The translations under genes were made by a program, and so were the position numbers. The notes under the pieces are model-generated. The model had not been told where the DNA came from. It worked only from the letters and a program-made list of their open reading frames with translations, and did not search any database. DNA of 64,000 bases from Chrysomallon squamiferum (Eukaryota; Animalia; Mollusca), in NCBI GenBank assembly GCA_012295275.1, contig CM022672.1:25792001-25856000 (forward strand), given 5' to 3'. The first letter of the stretch is position 1, and each line of letters opens with the position of its first letter. Positions 29,973 through 45,108 of this stretch are shown here, piece by piece.

Positions 29973-30052
<80 letters not shown>

Positions 30053-30716
30053 CTCACCTCGCTTCTTTCTAGCTCTTTTTTTCTCTTTCTTCCTTTCTTT
30101 CTCTCTTTGTCTCTATTTTTCTCTTTCACTCTGTTGTCCTCCTCTGGCTTTCTCTTTTTTCTTTTTCCTTTCCAATTCTTCTATTTCCCTCCTTCCTTCA
30201 GTTTGCCTCTTTTCTCTCTGTACTCCTCCTACTTAACAACATCAAGACTATTTGACTCAGTTCAAGAATTCACTCCACATAAATAAAATACAAAAACTAA
30301 ATTACTACACTGTCCTGGGTAATCACATAATCTGTTTTAAAAATACACATCTATGAAATGAGTTAAATCCTTTCCACCACTGCGAAATTCATCTGAAGAA
30401 AAAAGAACATTCTAAAGACTTCTCTCAGTGCTTTGTGTTTGTTTAGAGTAACCAAAGGAACAATGAGAAATCCAGAAATAGAAAAGACAATTACTCAGCT
30501 TGTAAAAGAGTGTTAATATAAATTCACTTCATTTAGCTAAATATAAAATATTCTTTTATTTTACAAACAGGAGAGATGTTTATTAATGTGACTGGATCTT
30601 TTCAGTAATACACTAGCAGCTAGGACTTTTGTACAATTAAAACTGTAATAGTTAATTAGTAACAAAAGTATGTTAGTTCTATAGCGTGGATGTCTTTGTG
30701 TGTGCTTCTGTCCATA

Positions 30717-30747
<31 letters not shown>

Positions 30748-30754
30748 TGTGTGT

Positions 30755-30930
30755 CATATTCATCATGTGTGGTTATTTTCAGCCTTTACCTCACAAATTA
30801 TGAAATTACCTTTTGTACATGTGTGTGTGTGTCTGTGTGTGTGTTTGTGTTCATATTCATCATGTGTGGTTATTTTCAGCCTTTACCTCACAAATTATGA
30901 AATTACCTTTTGTACATGTGTGTGTGTGTC

Positions 30931-30961
<31 letters not shown>

Positions 30962-31016
30962 TTTAAATCATGTTTTATTTTCAGCCTTTCTGCTTATGAA
31001 ATCACCTTTTGTACAA
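30755..31016. repeat. Tandem triplication of a ~66-bp block separated by (GT)n
   Basis: TCATATTCATCATGTGTGGTTATTTTCAGCCTTTACCTCACAAATTATGAAATTACCTTTTGTACAT at 30755 and 30851, with a degenerate third copy from about 30966. Confidence 0.9.
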
Positions 31017-31024
31017 TGTGTGTG

Positions 31025-31060
<36 letters not shown>

Positions 31061-31230
31061 GTGTGTGTGTGTGTGTTAAACATCTGTCTTTCACCAGTGT
31101 CCCAGTGATTTTAAAATGTTTCACTAATATCTGCTAAGTAATCACCTTTCACAATAAATGTATTTGACAGTATTAAAATTAAATTAAACAGTGGCATTAA
31201 ACATCCTTTTCACACAGTATCCCTTACATG

Positions 31231-31450
31231 CATGTACACAAACACACACACACACACATACATAAACACACACATACATATATACACACACACATTTAAA
31301 TCAAACATATAATTAATGAACACACACATATTTACATACACACACACACACACACATACATACATAAACACACACATACATACATACACACACATATACA
31401 CACATGCACACATCTACAGCTAACATATAAATAATGAACATACATATATA

Positions 31451-31503
<53 letters not shown>

Positions 31504-31575
31504 ACACACACACACACATGCACACATCTAAAGACATAAACAATGAACACACATATACAGACACACACACACACA

Positions 31576-31615
<40 letters not shown>
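31231..31615. repeat. (CA)n-rich compound repeat; representative of dozens of (CA), (CT), (TA), (AAT) and poly-A/T microsatellites in the window
   Basis: Read directly. Other long examples: (CT)n at 2491-2560, 4180-4262, 9946-10028 and 29976-30049; (GA)n at 21991-22055; (ATT)n at 493-552. Confidence 0.95.
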
Positions 31616-31617
<2 letters not shown>

Positions 31618-32954
31618 TTTGTTCAGATAATTCATCTTCTTTCCACATATGTAAACTCACACTAACAAATGAATTTTTTTTGTTCTAACAATAACAACTA
31701 AAATAACCAGTCACTAAATATACCGTATTTCAAATAAACAGAAATACTCACAAAGCATTACTTTAATAACCATTACTATTATAATTTGTCAGTACTACCC
31801 ACATATAGAAATGAGTGTAGGTACTAACACACATATGTGTACTATTCTGTCATAATGATGTGTTAACATAAATAGACATCTGTAAGTATATATAGACTCT
31901 ACATTAAGGTAAATATAGAAACACATTGTCGGCACCATTACTGTTCCAGTTTGCAGAGGTTTAAAGTATTTTCTTTCATGTGAGATCTCACTTATTTTCA
32001 TTATTGATTTTCATCTGTTAATTAATTGCTTGTTAATTCTGAAAAATTTACAGAATTGTCTCACGCAGAAATATGTGTGTAACCTTTCTGTCCTCTCTGT
32101 CTTTCACACTTCCTTTTTCACTAACATGCATGTGCATTCGTTTTCTCTCACATATACATACTTTTTGTGATTTTCACACATGCACACACATCCACACACA
32201 CACACAAATACCTACGTTTTGTTTTTATCTTTTACATTTGCACACATTCATACATACTTTCACAATCTCTATTTCTCTCTCACATACATATACTTACATT
32301 AATACTATTTCTTCTCTTTTTCTCTCTATCTCACACACATACATACACACACATGCACACAGACATATAAAAAGAGAAAAGCAAAATGTGCAGATTTTTC
32401 ATTTGTCTAACTAACAGTTCAAGAAATAAAGTTTAAAAATAAATAGAAAAAATATTAAAAAAAAAGAAATAAACTAAATTAAAATAATTTACCTAAAAAA
32501 CAAATTCAAAAGAAGAATACATTAAGGAAACCTAAGTTGAAAACCTGTATCATATGGAATACAGGTAAATTTACAACATTAATTTCAGTTATCATATTTA
32601 ATGACTTTCCTTAATTATTCCTATCCCATTATCTTTATGTATGATGTACGTGAAACATCTATTTGAAGAATATCTATTTTTGATCAAAATGTGGAGACTG
32701 CTCTAGATAATTTTACAACTGAAACCTGATGTTTTAAAAAATCTAATTACTGTCTTTATTTATATATACATTTCTTTCTTAAAATAATAGTAAAGAAGAA
32801 GAAAAAGGTAAGTAGAAATATCCTAATTGATTCCATTTTGAGAAACAAATGAGACATTTTAGTCATGGTATTTTGATTAATATGTAATATGAAAGTGAGT
32901 TCCTTTAGTTTAAAAAAAAATGATAATAAATATATACCCTGTTATTTTTTAGTG

Positions 32955-33001
<47 letters not shown>

Positions 33002-36000
33002 CTCTATGTATGTTTATGCTTTTCATAAAAATATTCATTTCATTTTTCTAATGTTTATGAGCTTATCTGACATTTAACATCAGATCAACATGAAAGTAAT
33101 AAGAGACATGAAAATGTTGTATGATGAGTACTTTAATGTCTAAATGATTATCTGAACAACTTTGCTGCTGGTTGAAATTTTTATCACTTCTTCAACCAGT
33201 GTTTTATTTTTCAGCTTCTTTCACAAATTAAGAAAAAAAAAAAAAAAAAAAAAAAGAAAAGAAGTTCTCAATTTCTTTAGAATTAAATGTTTCTTGGGAG
33301 TAGATGTAGATATTTTAATCTTTGATTTTTTTTTTCTGCATTCTGCATTTTTTATATTTATTATTTTATTATTATTATTTTTTAATCATCTTCAGTTCTG
33401 ATTGAATTGTATCATTTTACCACTCACATTAAAAAACACATGTATGTCACAGGATATTATACAGGATCACTACAGTCACACTTCCTGCTTCACTGATCAC
33501 TTTGTCAATACTGTTCAAACCGTTTGTTTATTTTAATATTTTTTGTCACTTTGTATTTATTCCCACTCAACCAGCAGTGAAGGTGTCCTGTATCAAAGAC
33601 TGAGGTATGTGACTCCCTGTATTTAGCAATAAAAAGTGAATACTTGTATTTAAAACTCTATGTTCATTTTGTGTCATGTTTCTGATATTTAGAAAAAGGA
33701 ATTTTTAATGTTAGTACAAGAGGGGCAATCTGCAGCAGTTTTTGATATTTTTATACAAAATTCAAACTGTTTGCACTACAAGATTTTTACTCACTCTCTC
33801 TCTTTTACTCAATATACATTCATTCATTTTCATATCACCAGGATTATTTATTTATAGGTGTGTGTGTGTGTGTGTGTAATTATGTATATATGTATGTGTG
33901 TATGTTTGTTTGTATGTATATTTATGTATGTACATGTAATTGCTAGTTAACAGCAAAACTATAAAAAGAAAATAAATTATTTTATAAAATAAACAGTAAG
34001 CACTTTATTCAGATATTTCTGCTGGGCATTACGACTGATCAAAGATGTCTCTCAGTTTATCTTAACATGAAAACTGGTCCTTTGAGGAATCAAAACAGAC
34101 AGCGCTTAATACCACACAGTAACATAACGGACATATTCTACAACCTCTGATGTCATACATGTAATAGATGAACTCCAGTGGGATATTTTGATTATTTTAT
34201 TTTTAAAGTACATTCTTTTCTAAGTGCAACAGGGGCAGGCTTTTTATTCTAGATTTGAAAATACTGGAAAATTTGTGTTTTACATGACACATATAAAGTA
34301 AGTTGTATAACATGTAATGTAATACTGACGTTATTAATATTTCTCACTATTTAATTATTTAATAAAGGTTGTAGTATGTGTATCCCTGACTGTACAAAGC
34401 TATGTATTAAACAAAAATCACAAAGAATGTTATGGTTGTGTGCCAACAGCAAATTTCATTTCTCATAATCTCTATGAACTTTATCTGTAACCAGATTATA
34501 AATTTTTACAGAGTATGAATTCTTCTTTCTTCCTTCCTTCCCTTCAGTTTCTTCTTTCTTCCTTCCTTCCTTTTGGTTTCTTCTTTCTGTTTATAAATAA
34601 ATAGCTGGAATTTGTTTTACAAATCTTCTGATTAAGTTGTTAGCAAACACGAAATACAGACTGTAAGAATCCAGTTAGGATGGGAAGAGTAAAAATAGAC
34701 ACGTTCTATAAATAATATTGCCAGTATTGATTTAGCACATTAAAAAAGTACTACCAGTGAGTTATAGTATTAAATCATTATCAAATATATTGATTTTACT
34801 TCTATTATTGCACACAAAATTATGTTCAAAATGAGTTTCTGTTTTTTTTGTCTTTTAAAAAGAAAAAGTTTCAAGATGGCTAGGGTTTTTTTTGGCTTCT
34901 TTCTTCTTTTCTTTTTTCTTTTTTCTTTTTTTTTTTCTTTTCTTTTTTTTTTAGATCTAGTAAAAAAAGAAGAGAAAGGAAACAATTTTTTTTAATTGTA
35001 AATTGTAATTTTCAGGATATGGACAATTTGAAATTTCGTACTTAAAAAAAAAAAAAAAATTAAAAGGTATGTTAGAACAGTATAAATATATGTGTGTGGT
35101 GTGTGTGTGTATATGTTTGGATGTTTATGTGTGTGTGTTAGTATGATTGTGCATGTGTCTAATGAGCAAAAATAAGAACTTGTATCTGTATTAATGTATT
35201 TATTCAGTTACTAAAGAAGAAATGTTTTATTTTACTTCTGTTCGAAACTGATCCTGCAGTCTGTCGTGTCTCAGCCTGTCTTCTAACCACACAGTGTGTC
35301 TGTCAGTCTGTCAAACCAAACTGTGGCTGATTTTGAACCAGCTAATTAAGTTCAAGTACACTGTCAACGATAGATCTTGCAGCCTACTGAAGCTCAATAC
35401 TTCAGGTTTTAATGAGAAAAGCTGCCATCAAAAGTTGCCACCAGTCCTCTGATTTAAAACATTTCAAACAGACTGCATCTCATTTGGTACATGTTACAAC
35501 TTTCAGCTCGCTAGCTGAGTTTGACATGCACTGTTAAGAATTGATCCTATGGCTTGCTGTGCTTCAGTCTGTGTTCTGAGCACTGGACTGTAATTTAAAA
35601 AGTTTCAGCTCAACCAAGCCTGATTCTGAACAGGTTATAATTCTGCATGTTGCCACTATGCTTTGAGTCTTACCACCAAACCAGAACTAGCCCTGTGGTT
35701 GAAAAGTTTCAGTGGAACTGATTCAGGCTGAAGCTACGTGCTGAGGTGCAGGACACTCTGTTGTTTTTTACTTACTCACAAGCTGTGTCGGATTTCACTG
35801 ACGTCAGTTTTCAAAGCTCACTCTCCGTTTTCGGGCTCCATCCGTTCTGAAGTTATGGCACGAAGCACTGAAATGCTGTGTGCTACATTGATTTCTGTTT
35901 GATTTTCTGTTTTATCGGGTTTCTTGAAATATTTTCTGTGCGGTGTTTATGAGAAAGTTGTTAGAGATTAGTTTCAGATTCTGGTAACACAAGAAGACTG

Positions 36001-37665
36001 GTCATTTGTCTCACATACAACAGAATCTTTCCCACATCCTGTCTCTTCATATTCCATTAATTTTCTTTTTCTTTTCCATGTTCCTTTTTTTCTTTTTACT
36101 TCTTTTTTTTTTTCTCCTCTTTCTCTCTCTCTCTCTTTTCTTCTTCATTTTTTCCTTCCATTTATTTTCTTTGACTCAGAGTTCACATTTTATTTCTACA
36201 AAAAATATTTTCTTACATTTTATTACCTTTTTTTTTTTTTTAAACTGAAGTATTTGAAGACAGACAAGTGCATAAGCACTGTACCACAGCACATTCTGCA
36301 TTTTTCTTAGTTTCACTCGTTTTTTTTTTTTTTTTGTGTTTTAACAGTTCAGAGTCTGAGCAGTGTTTATAGTAAAATTTCCATGGAAAATACCACAGAA
36401 TCTGGGGAGGCTGTTTGTTTTTTGGGGGGGGTTTGGGGGAGGAGGGTGACAATATTTTTATAGGTGAATATTGCAACACAGTTTCTTTAAAAACAGATGA
36501 TTTTATCAAGAATTAAATTAATCAAATTTCTGCAGGCCTAATTCTGACAGCAAAGAAATTTTTAATTAAAAATTATAAACAACTTTCTACAATTTTTTTA
36601 TGATTGTTTTTTTTTATGATTTTGTTTTCAGAAGATATGAATTTCCTTTTGTTTGTTTTCTTTATATACATGCACATACATGCATACATGTATGCATATG
36701 TTTATCATTATTTCCCCACCCCCATTATTTTTTATTATTATTTTTCTCTCTTTCTCCATGTTTTTTTTCTCTTCATATTTTGTGGGTTTTTTTTATTTCT
36801 GTTCCTTTAAAAAAAATTCTTCTTGTGTTAACTAGCCACATATTTATACTGTAGCCATTTTCTGAGCATGCTGTAATATTTCATCACAGTAAAATAACAG
36901 CCAACTGTTAAAAAACTTGAACAGTTTATTTACTTATTTATTTATTTATTTATTGTGGTTGTTGTTGTTATTGTTTTGTTGGTGTTTTTCTTCATTTTTT
37001 GTATATTTTTATTTTATTTTAGCAAAGTAGCAACAAAATAGTATTATAATCATACTTTTAAAAAAGAAAAAAAAAAAAAAAAAAAAAGAAAAAAACAGAT
37101 TACCAATTATGCCTGTTGGGATGGAAAGGGAAATCAGGGCATTAGAAAAAAATAATAAAGCCATTCTCATAAGAAAATTGAGATACCAAATCTGTAAACA
37201 TTTTGTTAAGAAATTAAAATGCAAATCCCTAATTATATTTCAAAACTGACATCCAGGTGCTATGTATTTTTAGACCAACGCTCATCTGGTAATTACAGCA
37301 GTATTTGATTACCTTTTGAAATTAACATTCTGTAATCATGCTTTCATAATTAACACTGAGGCTTTTCATTGCTGGGATCAGTGCTAATCTGAGAGCACTG
37401 AGTAATTACAGCGCTATCAGGACAATGAACTACACAGACTGCTGCTGCCACAGCACATTTTCTACAATGGTGCTGTGTGTGTGTGTCTCTGTGTTTGTGC
37501 GTTTTACTGATACATATTATAAAAACCTGCTGTACCAAAGGTCGTCGGTCTGTCCTCATCTACAGGTTTTTCGCACACTAACCTTTTGAAGTGAGGGAAA
37601 ACGAAGATAAACTATCGTTTTCTCTGATCCGGTTCCAAGTTGAGTGCACAGTCTGCTGGGTTGTA

Positions 37666-37701
37666 ATGAAAACACATAGATGTGTTAAACTGACTCAGCT
37701 G
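37666..37701 (+). CDS. Weak candidate alternative first exon (MKTHRCVKLTQL)
   Basis: TATAAAAA at 37518-37525, then CpG-containing leader sequence, gtaATGA, 12 codons and CTG|gtgtgc (phase 0). The donor is weak. Confidence 0.28.
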
Positions 37702-37726
37702 GTGTGCATAAGAAAACAACCTGAAG

Positions 37727-38420
37727 AAACATAGTGTAACAATGTAAAACATGTTATAACAGTATTAAAACATATTGTAACAAAGTAAAAACATGTTATA
37801 ATAGTATTAAAACATAGTGTAACAAAATAAAAACATGTTATAATAGTATTAAAACATATTGTAACAAAGTAAAAACATGCTATAATAGTAATAAAACATA
37901 GTGTAACAAAGTAAAAACCTGTTATAATAGTATTAAAACATAGTGTAACAAAGTAAAAACAAGCTATGATAGTATTAAAACATATTGTAACAAAGTAAAA
38001 ACATGCTATAATAATATTAAAACATACTGTAACAATGTAAAAACATGTTATAATAGTATTAAAACATACTGTAACAATGTAAGAACACATTGTAAAAACA
38101 TGCTAAAACAATATAAAAAGAATTCTCAAATAATGTAAGAAGAAAATGTAAAAACATATTGTGATAGTATAAAAACCTGCTGCAATGTAAAAAAAAAATA
38201 TAATAATAATAATAATAAAAAAGTCTGTGACAGTGTAAAAACATAATGTAACCATGTAAGAACTTATTGTAACAGTGTAAAAGCATTCTGTAACAATGTA
38301 AAAAAATACTGTAAGACTATATTGTAATGGTATAAAAACATAATGTAAGAATGTGTAGAAACAACCCATAAGATTATGTAGAAATATATTAACAATTTGT
38401 AGAACCATTGTAGCAATGTA
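37727..38420. repeat. 42-bp (2 x 21) minisatellite decaying into 21-bp monomers
   Basis: Unit AAAACATAGTGTAACAAAGTA-AAAACATGTTATAATAGTATT, about 8.5 clean copies up to about 38085, then degenerate ~21-mers. Confidence 0.9.
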
Positions 38421-38506
38421 TGATGAACAGGAAAATTTCATGTATACTGGACACACCTGGCAAGTTTATGTAGCTAAATAAAGAGAAAAGAAGATGAACA
38501 AAATGC

Positions 38507-38550
<44 letters not shown>

Positions 38551-39626
38551 TATATATATATTGTTCAATTATTTAGCTTTGGTAGCAACATTTTAACAAC
38601 TGTAACTGAAGATCCAGAATTTCATCTAGCAAGTATCTGATATCAAAATAATCAGCAACTTAAAAAAGTAAAAGAAACTGTTTGTTTTAAATACATAAAT
38701 TTTCAACATAGTTTGATGTTTCCATTTATTATTATTATGCTCGACATCCGACCATAAAATGGATACATAAAGTAAGAAATGTTGCATGTTAGCACATAAT
38801 ACTTCAGAATTAAGTATTAAAAAAAAAAAATTTACTCTAATAATAATTTTAAAAAAAAGGAAGAGGAAAGAAAGAAAGAAAGAAAGAAAAAAAAAAAAAA
38901 AATGTCAAAATGGATAGTTTTTGCTTGAGTGAAGATATTGCTTTCATGTATGAAAATGTACTGTGTGACACATTATGTGGAAAGCACTAACAACTTGTAG
39001 AAATATTGTAACAAAATGAAGAAACATAGTAATAATGTGTTAAAAACAAAGTGTAAAAGTATTGTCTCATGTTAAACTCAGTTCAACAACACTGACGTTG
39101 TTCCAAGTTAATCTATGTATACTCATTAAAAACAAATCTTTTTAATGTATTAGATTTGCTACTGTCAGTATGGATTTGTATATGAAAGGTCATGACATGA
39201 CACATATCAGTTTGGAGAATTTGATTAATCAGTCAGTGGGTTACTAAACTGATAGGTTAAACCATGTAATGACCTCTCCCGATCTCGGTTACACGGTGGA
39301 CAAAAGGATGACAGAATTTGATGAACAAAAAGACTGGAAAACATTTACTCCAAAAACATCCACACTTGATGACTAAAAACCACAGCCAAATGAAAAACCT
39401 GAACAAGACTGGCCATGGCAGCAGACTTCAATTTAATTACATCTGTCTTTTGAAACATCATCTTCATCTGGTCTAATTTCATTTCTCTCTCTCTCTCTCT
39501 CTCTTTTTTTTTTGTAATCATTCTCATGTCTATAACACTGCTCTGTTTAAAACCACATTACTTGATTACCTTGCCAGCTCTTCAGTTACCACTGGCACTG
39601 CCTGGCAGACAGACAGACACTCTGCT

Positions 39627-39713
39627 ATTGGCTGAAACCACTGTCAGCTCACCAGTGCATTGGATGTCTCGAAGCTGATCAATTCTGCGGCTGCTGTCGT
39701 CACGTGTATATAT
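39627..39713 (+). promoter_or_regulatory. Putative internal promoter
   Basis: ATTGG (inverted CCAAT) at 39627 and 39659, E-box CACGTG at 39701-39706 and TATATAT at 39707-39713, about 80 nt upstream of the 39792 ATG. Confidence 0.5.
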
Positions 39714-39791
39714 TATTATGAGAGGAAGCGAGGCATCAGATGATTATTACTGCTTGAGAAAGTCGTAGTGATTTATAGCGTGTGTGTTTTC

Positions 39792-39845
39792 ATGAAACTC
39801 TTACGAAGTTCGCGTGCCATTTTTCACTTACAGGACACTATGAGG
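39792..39845 (+). CDS. Candidate alternative first coding exon (MKLLRSSRAIFHLQDTMR, or just MR from the ATG at 39840)
   Basis: In-frame ATGs at 39792 and 39840, near-consensus donor AGG|gtgagt, phase 0, and an in-frame upstream stop at 39741. CCAAT, E-box and TATA-like elements lie just upstream. Confidence 0.6.
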
Positions 39846-40348
39846 GTGAGTCCGTCATTTCAGCATTCTTATCTCACTTTTATCATTTTTCTATTCAAAT
39901 TTAATGACATTTTCTTGTTTTTGTCTTTTTTCTTTTTTTGACTTTATGGGAATTATTTTGATTATTTGAATATATGAATCTGTACATATGCATGTCTGTG
40001 TGTGTGTGTGTCTGTGTCTGCAGATGTGCATACTTTCATAATTTAGGATATGAATGTGATATATAAATGATGCGATATATAAGATTTTTATCGTCAACTG
40101 TTGGGTGATTTTTTAAAATGACAGCACTGAATGCACTTTTAGTGATTTATAATTTAATAATTTTAATACAATGATCCAATTTAAATAGTGTTCACTTTAT
40201 ATATACATACATACATACATGTACATTTTTGGAAATAAATATTTGTTAATTTGACAAAACAGAAAACAATTCAGAAATGTTTTTAATTTTTCAGTTCAGC
40301 CTTTTTTTAATTTTTTTTTCTTAAATTAATTAATTAATTAATTTATTA

Positions 40349-40404
<56 letters not shown>

Positions 40405-40413
40405 TACTATTAC

Positions 40414-40445
<32 letters not shown>

Positions 40446-41192
40446 ATATTTAAGAAAATACATTATTCACTTGAGTAGTTTTGTTTCAGATTATATGAAA
40501 TTACATTAACAAACAGCTGAATCTGTTTTAATAGAGACAGTAATTACTGCAGATATTTGTGGTTACCTGTAACATATTGCTTTTTCATAATGGGTATGTT
40601 CACAAGTTTATTGCATGTAAAATAAATGGCTGAAATATCTTAGTTTTAGTTCTAATTAACAGAAATATTTTATATGATGATGATAATTAATTAAATAGTA
40701 GTCAATATTTGGCAAATAATAATAATACTGAACATTCTGAAAAATAAATTTATTGTGATTTTGGATTGAATTAATTTTTTATTTATTAAAGTAATTTAAT
40801 TTTTATAATAATAATAACTATAATCATCATCTTCATCATCATCATTAACCGTCTGTGCAAAATGCAGAATGCTTAATGCTGAAAATTATTTAAATTCTCT
40901 CTCGGGTGTACATGTAATAAATCTGCATTAGACTGAGTGAATCAGGCTTAGCGTCTGCAGTTAGCTGAAATACTCTTTACAGACTGAACTGATTTTAACG
41001 CATGAAGGTCAAATGCTGTACTTTAGTAATTGTTCAGTGCCTGAAAAGAAGCAAAACCAGGAAACACTTAAAACTGAAGACTTTGTGTAAAAGGTTGATT
41101 TAGAATAATCTTTCATCTTCATTAGAAAGATAAACAGAGTCTCAAAGAATACTGTGGAACATTATTAAATAAGACCGTTTTTTTTTTTTCTT

Positions 41193-41233
<41 letters not shown>

Positions 41234-42660
41234 TAGTTAGTGTTAAAAAGAAATGTATATATATTTTTTTTAGTTTTCTAGAAATCTAGCCAAGTTTTCT
41301 AACTAGTCTAGACAGACAGCTGTTTTGTACACTGTGAAGATCAAACAACGTTAGTGGTTAATAAAAACTGTTAAAAAAATAAAAATAATAGTAAAACCTG
41401 CCACTTTGCCAAACTCAAGTGCTGCGAGCAGTGAGTCATCCCAAGATGGGTGGCAAAGTGAGGCATGATGGGAAACTGCCACTTGCGAATTTAACACAAA
41501 TAATAATAATAATAATCATAATAATAATTTAGTGATATTTGTAGTTATTATCTTAAGAAATTATCAAAATAATATTTGCTCATTCCTGCAAAAGCAAATA
41601 TAACAACCAGTATTTTATTGTTAACAATCTTTTAATTTTTAGAGCATCTTTAGTAATAATTAAGAAAATAAAAAACAATTTTTTTCTGTTCTGAACTTTA
41701 AAAAATATATTTAAAAAATATATATGGCCAATGGAAAAAAATTAAAAAAAAAATTAACAATTTGTAAAAACATTGTAACAGTATATAACACAATATGTAA
41801 AAACACTAATACATTTGAAAACTTACAAGCTATCTCCTTGTCATTCTTAATTCTTGTAGACTATTGATGTTACAACTTAACTATCTGTTTGGTATGAAGT
41901 GTATCATTTGGCACAGTTTGTCATACATACATACATACAGTTCTTGTAAGTAGTTCAGCTTGTACTTCAGTTGCCTGTGTCAGCTATGACGTCATTCAGA
42001 CACCTTGTACTGTATCAACACTAAATGTTTTGTGTTTATCTCAGACATCTCTTCAAACGAAAGACAACTCCCAAATTGAGATAATTGCTTTAACCGGGTC
42101 TGTGGGTAAATGGGTCGGTTGCTATCTGTTGCTATCTGTTGCTATCTGTTGCTATCTCTCTCTCTCTCTCTTGATGGATGGGCATGCTTGGCTCTTGTAT
42201 ATAGGAAGCCAAAACGGAAATGAGAAGAACTATTCAAAATAGATGGAAAGTAAATAAATGTTGTTAGAAGAAAAAACAAACTTTAATTATCTTTGTTTTT
42301 TCAATGTTTGTACAATGGGGGGGGAAATAGAGCAACAAAGGCAAAGATAAGAAAACAGTTTGTCATTTGTTTTGTCGGAATTTTTTCTTTTTCTTTTCTT
42401 TTCTTTTTTTTTTTTGTTCTGTTTCTTTATATTTACTGCACCTTTCTTTATTTTATATTTTTTTAAATTTATGTATTTTTATTTTCTTTAATGTTCAGCT
42501 ATGTCATTTTGAAATTAAAATCAAATACTTTGTTTCTGAGATAAGTTTTTTCTACAGTTTGTCATTATAATTAGTGATAGTAACACACAGCAAACATGAC
42601 TGTCTGTTCTATATAAAAATATTTACTTGTGCCAGCTCACTGCCAGCTAGACCTGTGGTA

Positions 42661-42710
<50 letters not shown>

Positions 42711-43499
42711 CATGCATGCACAGCATATTCATACAGACACAGACAAATGTATGTAATGACACACACATTATATAATCTGTAACAAGATAGTATTTTCATA
42801 ATTGACATGTACAAGACAGCACATGTCACAGCTTTTGGCAGTCTAATAAAAAAAAACACTTAAAAATAAACTGGGTCTTAAAAACAAATGTATTATGAAA
42901 CTCTATGAAAATACTATAACCAGTTATTTAAACCATGTCATATAAATCTGGCATGATTAATAAACAACATAACTAACCAAGACAGCACATACCTCATCAT
43001 TTGACCTTATTACCAAACAGAGCCTCATTATATATATCTGGAACTGCACTGTTCTATAAATATTGTGTGATGAATGTATGTGACAGACTGCAAACAAGGT
43101 TAAGGATATGTGTTTTTTCTCTCTCTCTCTCTCATTCTGGCAATGACTTGCTATTTCTGTAGGGTAATGATGGAGAGTTTTGTTTCAGCCACACTTTAAG
43201 AAGCAGTAAAACCCTGCACTGACAGGACATGGCTGCAAGCAGCACACCATTGTGTATTTATAGTCTTTTCAAAACAACATGGCTGCAAGGGGAAACACTT
43301 GTTGCTTCCAGATCTTTCTTTTATCTCTTTTTTATTCTTCTTTTTCTTCTTCTTTTTTTTCTTCAACTTTTATTGATTCCAGAGGCAATTAAAGCAAAGT
43401 TTTGTGTTATGTATTTGTTCCTGCTGGTATTAAGGATTTGAAAGATGTTTTAATTTATATCTTGTGTGTGTTGCAAATACATTTTTGCATATGTAGGCC

Positions 43500-43530
<31 letters not shown>

Positions 43531-44147
43531 TTTTTCTGTATATTCTTCATTTTATTACCTAATTTAATTTTTTTTTAATTTTAAATCCCAACAAAATGTT
43601 AAAAAAAATGTAAATTTTCAATATATCTGTTTCTATAAAAAGAATAATAAATTTTTGTTTTTCAAATGCAAGAGAGAAAAAAGTGGGACCCTTTTAAATT
43701 GATGATAATGATGATTAAAACAGCCATTGAAATATAAATCCTAATATACAGATTATAATTTATTTCATTTTGGTTATTTATTTATATAATTTATTATGAC
43801 TGATACTATTATTACTATCCTAAATAATGTATATTTATCGAGATTCAAAAGTAACTAACATGTCTGTGATTGTGGACTCAGTCTGTTGTTTCGCTGTGAA
43901 CATTTAGACAAATGATGGTAATCAAAATGAAATCAAGTCGTGGTTTGTCAGTATTGATTATGGACTGTGGAGATCAGATGATAGTCAATACACTATTTTT
44001 AGAATTTCTGGAACTGAAGCCAGTCAGAATGGATTACAGCTCTAGAAATTCCCCATTGATTTCAAAGACATTGTAAAATTTAAGTTTTGGTTTTATTTCT
44101 GTTTTTAAATATTTTCTGTTTTATTATTTTTTTGTATGTTTGGGATT

Positions 44148-44178
<31 letters not shown>

Positions 44179-45063
44179 TTTTTTTTCTTTGATTTTTTTT
44201 TTTTTTTTAAACTTTAATATATAATTTTTAACAAATACTTTTTATCTCATTTAAAGTAATAAATATATAAATAATTTATATTTCAGATTTATTGAAATTT
44301 TTAATTTATTTCAAATGGTCTGAAGCCAAATTTGTTTTTAAAATAAATAATAATAAATAAATCTACATTATTAAAATATAAATAAGATTACGATAAAAGT
44401 AAATAAAAATAACCATTGTAATGTAGTGAGAGACAGAAATAAGAAAACCAGTAAAATATTTATTCTGTGTTTGTACAACAAACAGTGGTCTAGATATTTC
44501 TGCCAAAACTCAAGATAATTCTGCCAGAAAATTAAGATGACTAAAAAAACAAAAGAAATATTTGTTTTTCATGGCTCAGACTAAATTATAATAAAATGTG
44601 AAATGTAATTTTTTTTGGCATTAAATTCTAGAAGAAATGCTACATATAATGGCTATCCATTAACTGATAGTAAACATTCTGTATATAATGGTATGGTATT
44701 TACTACATGTACAAATACTAACTATAAAGGCATATTATTAACAAACAGTAGACAAATACATAACAGCAAAGTATTATCTACCTATAACTACATGGCATCA
44801 ACTGAAAGCTGGGCTGTAATGGTTTTAGCAATGAGACAATCGTCTGGCACTTGTTTCTGATCCAGCCTTGATTCGTGGTAACTTTCATCAGCGTGTCACA
44901 GCCCATTCACGTCACTAACTGCATTCATTAACTTACTTCTCTCTCCCGTCCAGTCCTCCTGCTGAAAACACTGTAATATGATTTTATCCACTGACGTAGA
45001 AGGCTGGCCCAGTCTGTTCATGATCAGACTACGAAAGCATTTTCACTCTGTTGTGTTGTTTTT

Positions 45064-45108
<45 letters not shown>

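Noticed and set aside
33575-33604. Possible micro-exon ccag|...GAG|gtatgt
   Set aside because: It has a TGA in the phase-0 frame needed by the flanking exons and is open only as phase 2/2. At most it is a non-coding or poison exon, with no support.
37695-38456. Minus-strand Cys/Phe-rich repetitive ORFs resembling a membrane protein
   Set aside because: They arise from the 42-bp minisatellite, whose unit length is a multiple of 3.
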